DNA of 46,553 nucleotides. Origin: Thermoflexales bacterium (GTDB lineage Bacteria > Chloroflexota > Anaerolineae > Fen-1058). Under the pieces are notes generated by a model that was given only the letters and a program-made list of their open reading frames with translations, had not been told where the DNA came from and ran no database searches. Location of the stretch: the NCBI GenBank assembly GCA_030834825.1, contig JAUQXC010000940.1, positions 1-46,553 on the forward strand, given 5' to 3'. Both the position numbers and the translations under genes were made by a program. Positions 34,336 to 43,902 of this stretch are shown piece after piece. Each line of letters starts with the position of its first letter. The stretch's first letter is position 1.

Positions 34336-34887
34336 TCACGGCAAAGATTCATCGAACCAATCCATCAAATAGTTAATTCTCTCGTGATGCAATTGATCCG
34401 ACGTATCTGGAAGAACATGCTGACAAACGTCCAAGGTGAAATGGATACATTCCAGGAACCATTCACTGATGCGCGGATCATCTAAACGGTTAAGGGCGTC
34501 CTGCAACCAATCCTCAGCATCCACGAAGTCGATAAACTTTTCGAGGCAATTGTATCTTGCGCCAGACGGATCTTCGATCCAAGGCTTGTAGGAACTGGTT
34601 GCTCCATAAGAAAAAGGCTTCTTTGAACGTTCCTCGCGAATGACGACCTTGCCATACGGCGACTCAGACACGTAGGTGGTAGTTTCTTGTTCAAGCCACT
34701 CGAAGGAGTATTTTTTGGTTGAGCGCGGCGGATTCGTCAAAAGCTCACTGTCATGGACATGACGACTGATGACCCATTCGCGAATATACGCAAGACGCTG
34801 TTTGTGCGAGGGGGGGGTCTGCAGGCGAGTGGGACTGGCAAAGGTCGAGGGTCTCCAGTATTTGGGCTTGTGTGGGTTCGATGTCAT
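34336..34887 (-). CDS. Hypothetical protein (orphan gene in a low-GC patch)
   Basis: The only long ORF in 34144-35014. I recognised no motif. The RBS is weak, and a C8 tract lies in the 5' part of the coding strand (34810-34817). Confidence 0.4.
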   Translation of the reverse strand: MTSNPHKPKYWRPSTFASPTRLQTPPSHKQRLAYIREWVISRHVHDSELLTNPPRSTKKYSFEWLEQETTTYVSESPYGKVVIREERSKKPFSYGATSSYKPWIEDPSGARYNCLEKFIDFVDAEDWLQDALNRLDDPRISEWFLECIHFTLDVCQHVLPDTSDQLHHERINYLMDWFDESLP

Positions 34888-35014
34888 CTGTCATTCCGAA
34901 TCGCTTATAAGAAGTTGTCGTCAAGCATCAACAGCGCTTTCAGTTGAAGTATAATCGACTCGTGACGCGAGTCAAGCCGATATATTGGCAAGATCCCTTT
35001 CATAAGGAGACCTC

Positions 35015-36238
35015 ATGCTCGACCTCAACCTCATCCGTTCACAATTCCCGGCCCTCTCATCCGGCGCGATCTTCCTCGACAACCCTGGCGGAACGCAGGT
35101 GGCGCAGCACACGCTCACGCGTATGACCAATTACCTGGTGCACACGAATGCCAATCACGAGGGCGCCTTCAAGACCAGCCGTGAATCGGATGCCGTGGTG
35201 GATGCCGCGCGAGCGGCGGTGGCCGATTTTCTGAATGCGGCGCGGCCCCAGGAAATCGTCTTTGGGCAGAATATGACATCCCTGACGCTGCACCTCAGCC
35301 GCAGCCTGGCGCGGACGTTGAAAGCGGGTGATGAGATCGTGGTCACGCGGCTCGATCACGATGCCAACATCGCACCCTGGTTGTTGATTGCCGAAGATCG
35401 CGGCTGCCCGGTGCGCTGGGTCGAGTTCGACCCGGAAGATTGTACGTGGAGTATCGAAGCCTTGCGGCGACAGATCACCGATCAGACGAAGCTGGTCGCC
35501 ATCGGGTATGCGTCCAACGCGGTGGGCACGATCAATCCGGTGGCGGACGCAGTGCAGATCGCGCACGAGGCCGGCGCGTTGGTGTACGTGGATGCGGTGC
35601 AGTATGCACCCCACGGCCCCATCGACGTGCAGTCGCTCGATTGCGATTTCCTGTCCTGCTCGGCTTATAAGTTCTTTGGACCGCACACCGGCATCCTGTA
35701 CGGTAAGTATCACCTCTTGGACGGCTTGAAGGCGTACAAGGTGCGTCCCGCGCATAACGAGCCGCCACACAAGTTCGAGACGGGCACGCAGAGCTTTGAA
35801 TCGATCGCCGGCGTACATGGGGCGCTGGAGTATTTCGAGTGGCTGGGTGAACAGGCCGGTGGAGACTCGACGCGGCGGCAGCGCCTGGTAGCAGCACTGT
35901 CGATGCTGAAGGACTATGAAAAGATTTTGAGCCGCGCGTTGATCGAAGGCCTATCGTCGATCAAGGGGTTGCATATCTGGGGCATCACCGATCTCGCTCA
36001 ACTCGATCGGCGGGTGCCGACCGTTTCGTTCACACTGGACGGCTGGCATCCGCGCGATGTGGCGGCGGCGCTCGACAAGCACAACCTCTACGTGTGGGAT
36101 GGAAACTATTACGCTTTAGCGGTGACTGAGCGCCTGGGGCTGGAGGATAAAGGCGGCATGGTCCGCGTCGGCGCGGCCCATTACAATACACTGGCAGAAG
36201 TGAACAAGTTGGTGGAGGCAGTGCGGGCGTTGGTGTGA
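35015..36238 (+). CDS. Class V aminotransferase, cysteine desulfurase-like protein
   Basis: IRSQFPAL...IFLDNPGGTQV, DAVQYAPH and SAYKFFGPH (PLP Lys). AAGGAG lies before the ATG. Confidence 0.75.
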   Translation: MLDLNLIRSQFPALSSGAIFLDNPGGTQVAQHTLTRMTNYLVHTNANHEGAFKTSRESDAVVDAARAAVADFLNAARPQEIVFGQNMTSLTLHLSRSLARTLKAGDEIVVTRLDHDANIAPWLLIAEDRGCPVRWVEFDPEDCTWSIEALRRQITDQTKLVAIGYASNAVGTINPVADAVQIAHEAGALVYVDAVQYAPHGPIDVQSLDCDFLSCSAYKFFGPHTGILYGKYHLLDGLKAYKVRPAHNEPPHKFETGTQSFESIAGVHGALEYFEWLGEQAGGDSTRRQRLVAALSMLKDYEKILSRALIEGLSSIKGLHIWGITDLAQLDRRVPTVSFTLDGWHPRDVAAALDKHNLYVWDGNYYALAVTERLGLEDKGGMVRVGAAHYNTLAEVNKLVEAVRALV

Positions 36239-36330
36239 GTGTTCGCCGTTTGAGTCGCTGGATGTGGCCATCCAGCAGGAGCACAGCCGTAGACTAAACT
36301 GGGATTCGTTCTAAAACGTAAAGGAACGAC

Positions 36331-36732
36331 ATGGCACGTCAAAATATCTCCAGCGGCACGCCCTGGGAACCCATCGTCGGTTATTCGCGCGCGGTGCGGA
36401 TGGGGCAACACATCTTCGTGTCAGGCACGACAGCGACGGATGCCGAGGGCAAGATCGTCGGGCAGGGCGATGCCTACACACAGACCGTGCAAGCGTTGAA
36501 GAATATCGAGGCGGCGTTGCAGCGCGCGGGCGCGAGCTTGCAGGATGTGGTGCGCACCCGGATGTACGTGATCAACATCGACGATTGGGAAGCGATCGGC
36601 CGGGCGCATGGCGAGTTTTTCAGGGACATTCGTCCAGCGGCGACGATGGTGGAAGTGAAACGGCTGATTGATCCAGAGATGCTGGTGGAGATCGAAGTAG
36701 ATGCGCTGTTGGCCGAACAGGAGGAGCGATGA
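36331..36732 (+). CDS. RidA/YjgF family protein
   Basis: [46 protein letters not shown]...VVRTRMYV. Confidence 0.8.
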   Translation: MARQNISSGTPWEPIVGYSRAVRMGQHIFVSGTTATDAEGKIVGQGDAYTQTVQALKNIEAALQRAGASLQDVVRTRMYVINIDDWEAIGRAHGEFFRDIRPAATMVEVKRLIDPEMLVEIEVDALLAEQEER

Positions 36733-37091
36733 TTGAGAAGGTTAACCTGGCGCAAAAATTCGATCTGTTTGACGAATACTGGAGTCCACACATCGCAGGT
36801 GAGTTGAATGATTCGTATGTGAAACTGGCGAAACTCAAGGGCGAGTTTGTCTGGCATCAGCATGACAATGAAGATGAACTGTTCCTCGTCGTCAAAGGGC
36901 ATCTGACGATCAGGTTGCGCGATCGCGACATCGAGTTGGACCCCGGCGAGTTCGTCATCGTCCCGCGTGGAGTTGAGCATTTGCCGGTGGCGGCTGAGGA
37001 CGCGCATGTGCTGCTGCTCGAACCGAAATCGACCTTGAATACCGGCAACGTGCAAAGCGAACGCACCGTAACCGATTTGAAACGAGTATAG
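36729..37091 (+). CDS. Cupin domain protein
   Basis: [22 protein letters not shown]...[14 protein letters not shown]. There is an ATGA overlap with the RidA stop. Confidence 0.75.
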   Translation: MIEKVNLAQKFDLFDEYWSPHIAGELNDSYVKLAKLKGEFVWHQHDNEDELFLVVKGHLTIRLRDRDIELDPGEFVIVPRGVEHLPVAAEDAHVLLLEPKSTLNTGNVQSERTVTDLKRV

Positions 37092-37472
37092 ATGCTGACG
37101 CTGACGATTCTGCCTGAGGTTTTGGCCATTTGCCGCCTGAGCACGGATGAAGTCGTTCCCGCCTGGACCATGCTGGGCGAGTTCGTTTCGATCACGCATA
37201 CGCGTGACGAACTGTCGATCGTGTGTGCGACCGAGAATGTGCCGCCGGATGTGCAGGCCGATCGGGGTTGGCGTGGCCTTAAGGTGGAAGGTCCGCTCGA
37301 TCTGGGGTTGACCGGTATTCTCGCTTCGTTGGCGAATCCGCTGGCCGCAGCGCAGATCAACCTCTTTGCCGTCGCAACGTTCGATACAGACTATTTGCTC
37401 GTTAAGGAGTACAATCTGGCCCGCGCGTGTGAAACGCTGCGTCAGGCGGGGCACGTGGTGCACCAGGACTGA
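37092..37472 (+). CDS. ACT domain protein (ACT_7/CASTOR-like)
   Basis: LTILPEVLAICRL...ELSIVC...WRGLKVEGPLDLGLTGILASLANPLAAAQINLFAVATFDTDYLLV. The gene starts immediately after the cupin stop. Confidence 0.65.
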   Translation: MLTLTILPEVLAICRLSTDEVVPAWTMLGEFVSITHTRDELSIVCATENVPPDVQADRGWRGLKVEGPLDLGLTGILASLANPLAAAQINLFAVATFDTDYLLVKEYNLARACETLRQAGHVVHQD

Positions 37473-37586
37473 TCTGATCATCTGCCCAACCACGCCCTGG
37501 TGGGGCCCGGAGGAGCGAAGCCACATTTACTCTGCACGCAAGTGCCGGATTCTCGTGCCCAAGCGTGGGGGTGCTTCGCTGCTGCC

Positions 37587-37611
37587 CTTCGAATCACCGC
37601 ACTTGCGCTGC
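37587..37611. repeat. 25-nt repeat CTTCGAaTCACCGCACTTGCGCTGC (copy 2)
   Basis: Matches 28157-28181 at 24 of 25 positions. It lies 67 nt upstream of the glgX-like ATG. Confidence 0.7.
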
Positions 37612-37677
37612 GCACTGCGCCGGGTACGACGAGGCGGGATGCGTTTCTTGCACTAAGGTTATTCGCTAAGGAAGACC

Positions 37678-39735
37678 ATGTACGTTAAAGGCGGCAATCT
37701 CCGTTCCATTGATGCGTGGGAAGAACGCTACGGCGCGCCGTCGCCGCTAGGCGCCACGCGCGTCGAGGATTTTTGGGCCTACAACTTTGCGCTGTATTCG
37801 CGCGACGCCACCGACGTGACACTGCTGCTCTACGACGAGCACGACTTCGTCAATCCGGTCTATGAATACCGCTTCGATTATCGCGTCAACAAGACGGGCC
37901 GCGTGTGGCACTGCTGGGTGCCGTTCGATTTGGCCGGCGCTGCCTGCTACTACGCCTATCGCATCGACGGGCCGCACGCGCCGGAGCACGGTCTGCGCTT
38001 CGACCCCACCAAAATCCTGCTCGATCCGTTTGCGCGCGAAGTCTTCTTCCCGCCCGATTACGATCGCGACGCCTGTACGCAACCCGGCTCTACGGCTGGC
38101 CGCGCACCGCTCGGTGTTTTACCGTCGGACCAGGCACCGTTCGATTGGGGCGGCGATCCACGCCCGCGCCACACGCACGATGCCATCGTGTACGAACTGC
38201 ACGTCAAGGGCTTCACCGCCCGATCGAATTCCGGCGTCTCACCGGACAAGCGCGGCACCTTTGCCGGACTCGTCGAGAAGATTCCGTATCTTCAGGAATT
38301 GGGCGTGACCGTGGTCGAGTTGATGCCCATCCAGCAGTTCGATCCGCAGGAGGGCAACTACTGGGGCTACATGACGCTTAACTTCTTCGCCCCGCATCAC
38401 GCCTACGCCGGCGGCAACGCGCACGACGAATTTTGCGCGATGGTGCGCGCCTTCCACGAGGTCAATATCGAAGTGTGGCTGGACGTGGTCTACAACCATA
38501 CCAGCGAAGGCGACCAGCACGGCCCCACTTATTCTTACCGGGGTATCGACAATGCCAGCTATTATCTGCTAACGCCCGATCGCCAGCACTACCTTAACGA
38601 CACCGGCTGCGGCAATACGCTGCGTTGCGCCAGTTCTGCCGCGCGTTTGCTGGTCTTGAACAGCCTGGAATATTACGCCGACGAGATGCACGTGGACGGC
38701 TTCCGTTTCGATCTGGCGTCGATCTTCACGCGCAACCCCGACGGTTCGATCAACCACGACGATCCGCCCATCATCGCCGAGATCAGCCTGCTGGCGCACG
38801 CGCGCGATGTGAGCGTGACGGCGGAAGCGTGGGACATCGGCACGTACCAACTGGGACGCGCTTTCCCCGGCCTGACGTGGCATCAATGGAACGGCCAATA
38901 TCGCGACGATCTCCGTTCGTTCGTCAAGAGCAATGCGGGCCAGGTTCCGGCGCTGATGCGCCGTCTGTACGGCAGCGACGATCTTTTCCCCAACACGCTG
39001 CTTGATGCCTGCCATCCGTATCAGACGGTGAACTTCATCGACTGCCACGACGGTTTCAACCTGTACGATCTGGTCAGCCATAACCGCAAGCACAACGAGG
39101 CCAACGGTCAGGGCAACGCCGACGGCGCCGACGCGAATCTCAGTTGGAACTGTGGGCATGAAGGCGATGTGAATGTGCCACCGGAAGTGATGGCGCTGCG
39201 CAAACAGCAGATCAAGAATTTCTGCGCGCTGCTCATGCTGAGCAACGGCACCCCTATGTTTGTGGCCGGCGATGAATTCCTGCACACTCAGCGCGGCAAC
39301 AACAACCCGTACAATCAGGACAACGAGATCACCTGGCTGGATTGGGACCGGCTCGCCAGCCACCGTGACATCTTCCGCTTCTTCAAACTGATGATCGCCT
39401 TCCGCAAGGCCCATCGCTCGATTCACCGCCCCACCTTCTGGCGCGAGGACATCCACTGGTACGGGCCGACGGGGAAGGTCGATCTGTCGCCCGAAGCGCG
39501 CACGCTGGCTTACTGCCTGCGCGGGGACTCGGAGTACGATAACGATCTCTACGTGCTGATCAACGCCTGCTGGGAGGACCTGGACTTTGCGATTCAGGAA
39601 GGCCGCGGCTGGAAGCGCGTGATCGATACGAGCCTGCCCAGCCCGCAGGACATCCTCGCGTCGGGGAACGAAGAACCGATCGGGGCGGTGCGCTATCGCG
39701 TGAAGGCCCGATCGGTGGTGGTGCTGATCAAGTGA
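37678..39735 (+). CDS. glgX: Glycogen debranching enzyme (isoamylase-type GH13)
   Basis: DVVYNHTSEG, GFRFDLASI, AEAWD and FIDCHDGFNLYD, plus an N-terminal CBM48-like region. 685 aa. Confidence 0.85.
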   Translation: MYVKGGNLRSIDAWEERYGAPSPLGATRVEDFWAYNFALYSRDATDVTLLLYDEHDFVNPVYEYRFDYRVNKTGRVWHCWVPFDLAGAACYYAYRIDGPHAPEHGLRFDPTKILLDPFAREVFFPPDYDRDACTQPGSTAGRAPLGVLPSDQAPFDWGGDPRPRHTHDAIVYELHVKGFTARSNSGVSPDKRGTFAGLVEKIPYLQELGVTVVELMPIQQFDPQEGNYWGYMTLNFFAPHHAYAGGNAHDEFCAMVRAFHEVNIEVWLDVVYNHTSEGDQHGPTYSYRGIDNASYYLLTPDRQHYLNDTGCGNTLRCASSAARLLVLNSLEYYADEMHVDGFRFDLASIFTRNPDGSINHDDPPIIAEISLLAHARDVSVTAEAWDIGTYQLGRAFPGLTWHQWNGQYRDDLRSFVKSNAGQVPALMRRLYGSDDLFPNTLLDACHPYQTVNFIDCHDGFNLYDLVSHNRKHNEANGQGNADGADANLSWNCGHEGDVNVPPEVMALRKQQIKNFCALLMLSNGTPMFVAGDEFLHTQRGNNNPYNQDNEITWLDWDRLASHRDIFRFFKLMIAFRKAHRSIHRPTFWREDIHWYGPTGKVDLSPEARTLAYCLRGDSEYDNDLYVLINACWEDLDFAIQEGRGWKRVIDTSLPSPQDILASGNEEPIGAVRYRVKARSVVVLIK

Positions 39736-39738
39736 CGT

Positions 39739-39845
39739 CGTCATTGCGAGGAGCATTGTGTGCGACGAAGCAATCCCCAGCATGAGTGACAACATTCGCC
39801 AATTAGCAAGGAGATTGCTTCGCCGCTACGCGGCTCGCAATGACG
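39739..39845. repeat. 107-bp nested inverted repeat between convergent genes (outer CGTCATTGCGAG/CTCGCAATGACG, inner CGAAGCAATC/GATTGCTTCG); probable bidirectional terminator or REP-like element
   Basis: The outer 12-bp arms are perfect (39739-39750 and 39834-39845). The CTCGCAATGACG arm recurs at 42429-42440. Confidence 0.7.
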
Positions 39846-39850
39846 TGTAA

Positions 39851-41275
<1,425 letters not shown>

Positions 41276-41341
41276 TCAAGAGTGGTGGGTTTCAATAACG
41301 CGTACTGAATAACCAGTCAATTACCCGGTACGCATTGCTGG

Positions 41342-42379
41342 TTACTTCTTTCGCTTGCGGTGGATGGCTAACAGATCGCCTACGATCGCATATCCCGTTT
41401 CGATGCGGCCTGCACCCGGTCCGACCAGGGTCACATCACCCAGTAGATCGGTGGAGAAAGTGATCGCATTAGTTGCGCCGCTGACGGAGGCCAGCGGATG
41501 GCTGCTGGGCAGCCGGGTGGGCTTCACGCTGGCGGTGAGCTGCTCCCCGATCGTCTCTACGCGCCCGATCAGCTTCCAGCGTTCGCCGGCCGCTTTCGCT
41601 TCCGCCATATCCGCGGGCGTCAGTTGCGTGATACCCTGGCGATCGACATCTGCCAGGGTCAGGGCCTGGCCCATCAATAGATTCGCCATGATCACAACCT
41701 TGCCCGCCGCGTCGAAGCCTTCCACATCGCCGGTGGGGTCGGCCTCCGCATAGCCTTTGACCTGTGCGTCTTGCAAAGCGTCGGCATAGGGTACACCGGC
41801 TTCCATTTGCGCGAGGATGTAATTGGTCGTGCCATTCACGATGCCTTGAATTTTGCGAATGCGCGCGGCACTGAGTAATTCCTGCGCCAGGCGTAATGAG
41901 GGCGTGCCGCTCATCACAGTGCCTTCGGCGCCGATTTCCACGCCGTGCTTTTCGGCCAGGGCCTTCAGTTCGGGGTACTTCAACGCGATGGGGCCTTTGT
42001 TCGTCGTCACGACGTGCCTGCCCAATTCCAGCGCGCGGCGCAGATGCGTGATGGCCGGTTCGCCCGTTTTGAGATCGGTGTAACTCAGTTCGATCACGAT
42101 GTCGGCCCGGCTGCGCTCAATCGTCTCGAGGGCATTCCACGCCCGATCGGGCGCGGTAACGCGATCGAGTCGGGTGGTGGCCGCGATCGAATCGAGCAGC
42201 GCCGCCGGATCGATTCCTTTTGGATCGTGCACGCTGCCTTTCAGTAAATCGGACACGGCGACGATCTGAAACCGCACGCCGGATTGCTGTGCCAGATCGG
42301 CGCCTTCATCGCGCAGAATCTGCGTGAAGCCCTGCCCCACATTGCCAAAGCCAATGATCGCCAGTCGATACGTCTGCAT
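41342..42379 (-). CDS. Homoserine dehydrogenase family protein (no C-terminal ACT domain)
   Basis: RLAIIGFGNVGQG, VVTTNKGPIAL, GIVNGTTNYIL and GYAEADPTGDVEGFDAAGKVVI. The ATG at 42379 follows GGGAGGAACC. Confidence 0.8.
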   Translation of the reverse strand: MQTYRLAIIGFGNVGQGFTQILRDEGADLAQQSGVRFQIVAVSDLLKGSVHDPKGIDPAALLDSIAATTRLDRVTAPDRAWNALETIERSRADIVIELSYTDLKTGEPAITHLRRALELGRHVVTTNKGPIALKYPELKALAEKHGVEIGAEGTVMSGTPSLRLAQELLSAARIRKIQGIVNGTTNYILAQMEAGVPYADALQDAQVKGYAEADPTGDVEGFDAAGKVVIMANLLMGQALTLADVDRQGITQLTPADMAEAKAAGERWKLIGRVETIGEQLTASVKPTRLPSSHPLASVSGATNAITFSTDLLGDVTLVGPGAGRIETGYAIVGDLLAIHRKRKK

Positions 42380-42428
42380 GGTTCCTCCCACGAATGTTTC
42401 CGTCATGGCGCGCTTGGCGACAGCGTTC

Positions 42429-42440
42429 CTCGCAATGACG
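42429..42440. repeat. Solo copy of the CTCGCAATGACG arm
   Basis: 12 of 12 identity to 39834-39845. It lies in the 73-nt gap between the lrp-like and hom-like genes. Confidence 0.5.
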
Positions 42441-42452
42441 CTTGGCTCAATT

Positions 42453-42926
42453 CTACTTCAACGGCAGCGCGGCGGTGACCTTGATTTCGCTCAGCACCAG
42501 GCTGGTGTGAATGCGCGCCACACCCGGAATGGGTGTCAATTGCTTGACGACGAAACGCTCCAAATCTTTGCGGTTGCGCAACGCCACCTTGAGCAGATAG
42601 TCATACTCGCCGGTGATGTGGTGGCACTCCAGCACCTCCGGCATTTGCCGCACCAGCAGGCGGAACTTTTCCACTTGCTGCGGCTGATGCAGCTGAATGG
42701 TGATCTGAATGAAACACAACAGATCGAAGCCGGCCTTCTCGCGATCGAGGGTCGCGCCGTACTGGCGAATCAGTCCTTCCTTTTCCAGCCGCTTCACGCG
42801 CGCGTGAGTGGCCGGCGGCGAGAGATGCACGCGGCGGGCCAGCTCCACGTTGCTGATACGTCCGTCGCTTTGCAGCTCGCGCAGAATCGCCAGATCCAGC
42901 GCCTGCAACTGAGACTCTTGTATCAT
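42453..42926 (-). CDS. Lrp/AsnC family transcriptional regulator
   Basis: LDLAILRELQSDGRISNVELARRVHLSPPATHARVKRLEKEGLI. Confidence 0.9.
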   Translation of the reverse strand: MIQESQLQALDLAILRELQSDGRISNVELARRVHLSPPATHARVKRLEKEGLIRQYGATLDREKAGFDLLCFIQITIQLHQPQQVEKFRLLVRQMPEVLECHHITGEYDYLLKVALRNRKDLERFVVKQLTPIPGVARIHTSLVLSEIKVTAALPLK

Positions 42927-43101
42927 GCTTTGCCTCCGCGCGTCAATGAATGTTCGGCATTCTAGTGAAAATGCGGAATAAATGCAATAGCGAAAGGGCT
43001 TGGGTTGGCGATGGTTCGGAAAAGAGGGTCGGGCCGGGCCGGGAACCGAAGAAATGAAAGCCTCACGTTGCGCGTATAATCACCTTACCAAGGAGATTAC
43101 C

Positions 43102-43677
43102 ATGCCCAAAGACTACTCCCTCGCTGTGACACCCGCCAACCAGCAACGCCGTCCCAAGAATGCCATGAGCGATGAATGGGTGAAAGACTTCCTGCGCCGT
43201 GCGGCAATCGGTCACGTCGCCACACGCTGGGACGATTGGCCCTTCATCACGCCGACGAGTTTCTGGTATGACTCGTCACGCCAGGTGATCTATTTTCACT
43301 CGAACATGGTTGGGCGGGTTCGCGCTAACATTGAGCGTCATCCGCAGGCGTGTTTTGAAGCCAGCGAATATGGCAAGTTTTTGCCGTCGAATGTGGCGCT
43401 GGAATTCACGGTGCAGTATCAGAGCGTCATTGTGTTCGGCAGGGTTCGGGTGATTGAAGATGACGAAGAGAAACGCCGGGCGTTGTACGGGCTAATCGGG
43501 AAGTATTACCCGGCGCTGACGGCAGGCAAGGAATATCGCCCCATCACCGAACAGGAACTCAAACGCACCAGCGTGTACGCTATCGCCATCGAGAGTTGGA
43601 GTGGCAAGCGTAACTGGCCGGACGAAGCTGTGCAGAGCGACGAGTGGCCGAAGCTGGGCCAAACGCTTTCACGCTAG
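43102..43677 (+). CDS. Pyridoxamine 5'-phosphate oxidase family (NimA/Pyridox_ox_2-like) flavoprotein
   Basis: FLRRAAIGHVATRWDDWPFITPTSFWYD...IYFHS...VIVFGRVRVIEDDEEK. The ATG at 43102 follows AAGGAG. Confidence 0.65.
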   Translation: MPKDYSLAVTPANQQRRPKNAMSDEWVKDFLRRAAIGHVATRWDDWPFITPTSFWYDSSRQVIYFHSNMVGRVRANIERHPQACFEASEYGKFLPSNVALEFTVQYQSVIVFGRVRVIEDDEEKRRALYGLIGKYYPALTAGKEYRPITEQELKRTSVYAIAIESWSGKRNWPDEAVQSDEWPKLGQTLSR

Positions 43678-43720
43678 TCAGCCGGCACCAGCGCCACTTG
43701 CTCACGCACACTCGATCGAT

Positions 43721-43749
43721 TTGCACAGCGCGCGCTGCGAAGTTACAAT
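43721..43749 (+). promoter_or_regulatory. Candidate promoter TTGCAC-17-TACAAT, implying a ~150-nt leader for the beta-helix gene
   Basis: TTGCAC at 43721-43726 and TACAAT at 43744-43749. Confidence 0.4.
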
Positions 43750-43902
43750 CGTGAAGCAAGGGCGATCGATTTATCCTTAACTGAAGTGTTGCGCGTGCGA
43801 GGCAGGTCACGCGCTGTTCCTTTCCATGCCAGGGCCGCAACGAACCTGCTCGTCGGTGAAACTGCACTTTCGCCATGAAACGGTCTGCTCAGGAGGAATG
43901 AC

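Noticed and set aside
36474-37526. 350-aa minus-strand ORF spanning the RidA, cupin and ACT genes
   Set aside because: It crosses three well-supported plus-strand genes and has no motifs. It is a high-GC antisense artefact.
38569-39795. 408-aa minus-strand ORF inside glgX
   Set aside because: It is antisense to a gene with all four GH13 conserved regions. The composition is Arg/Ala/Val-rich low complexity.
43678-43902. Possible riboswitch (for example c-di-GMP class) in the 225-nt region upstream of the beta-helix protein gene
   Set aside because: Only a short 7-bp hairpin (GCGCGTG...CACGCGC) and a plausible promoter were seen. None of the conserved GEMM-type core sequences I remember is present.
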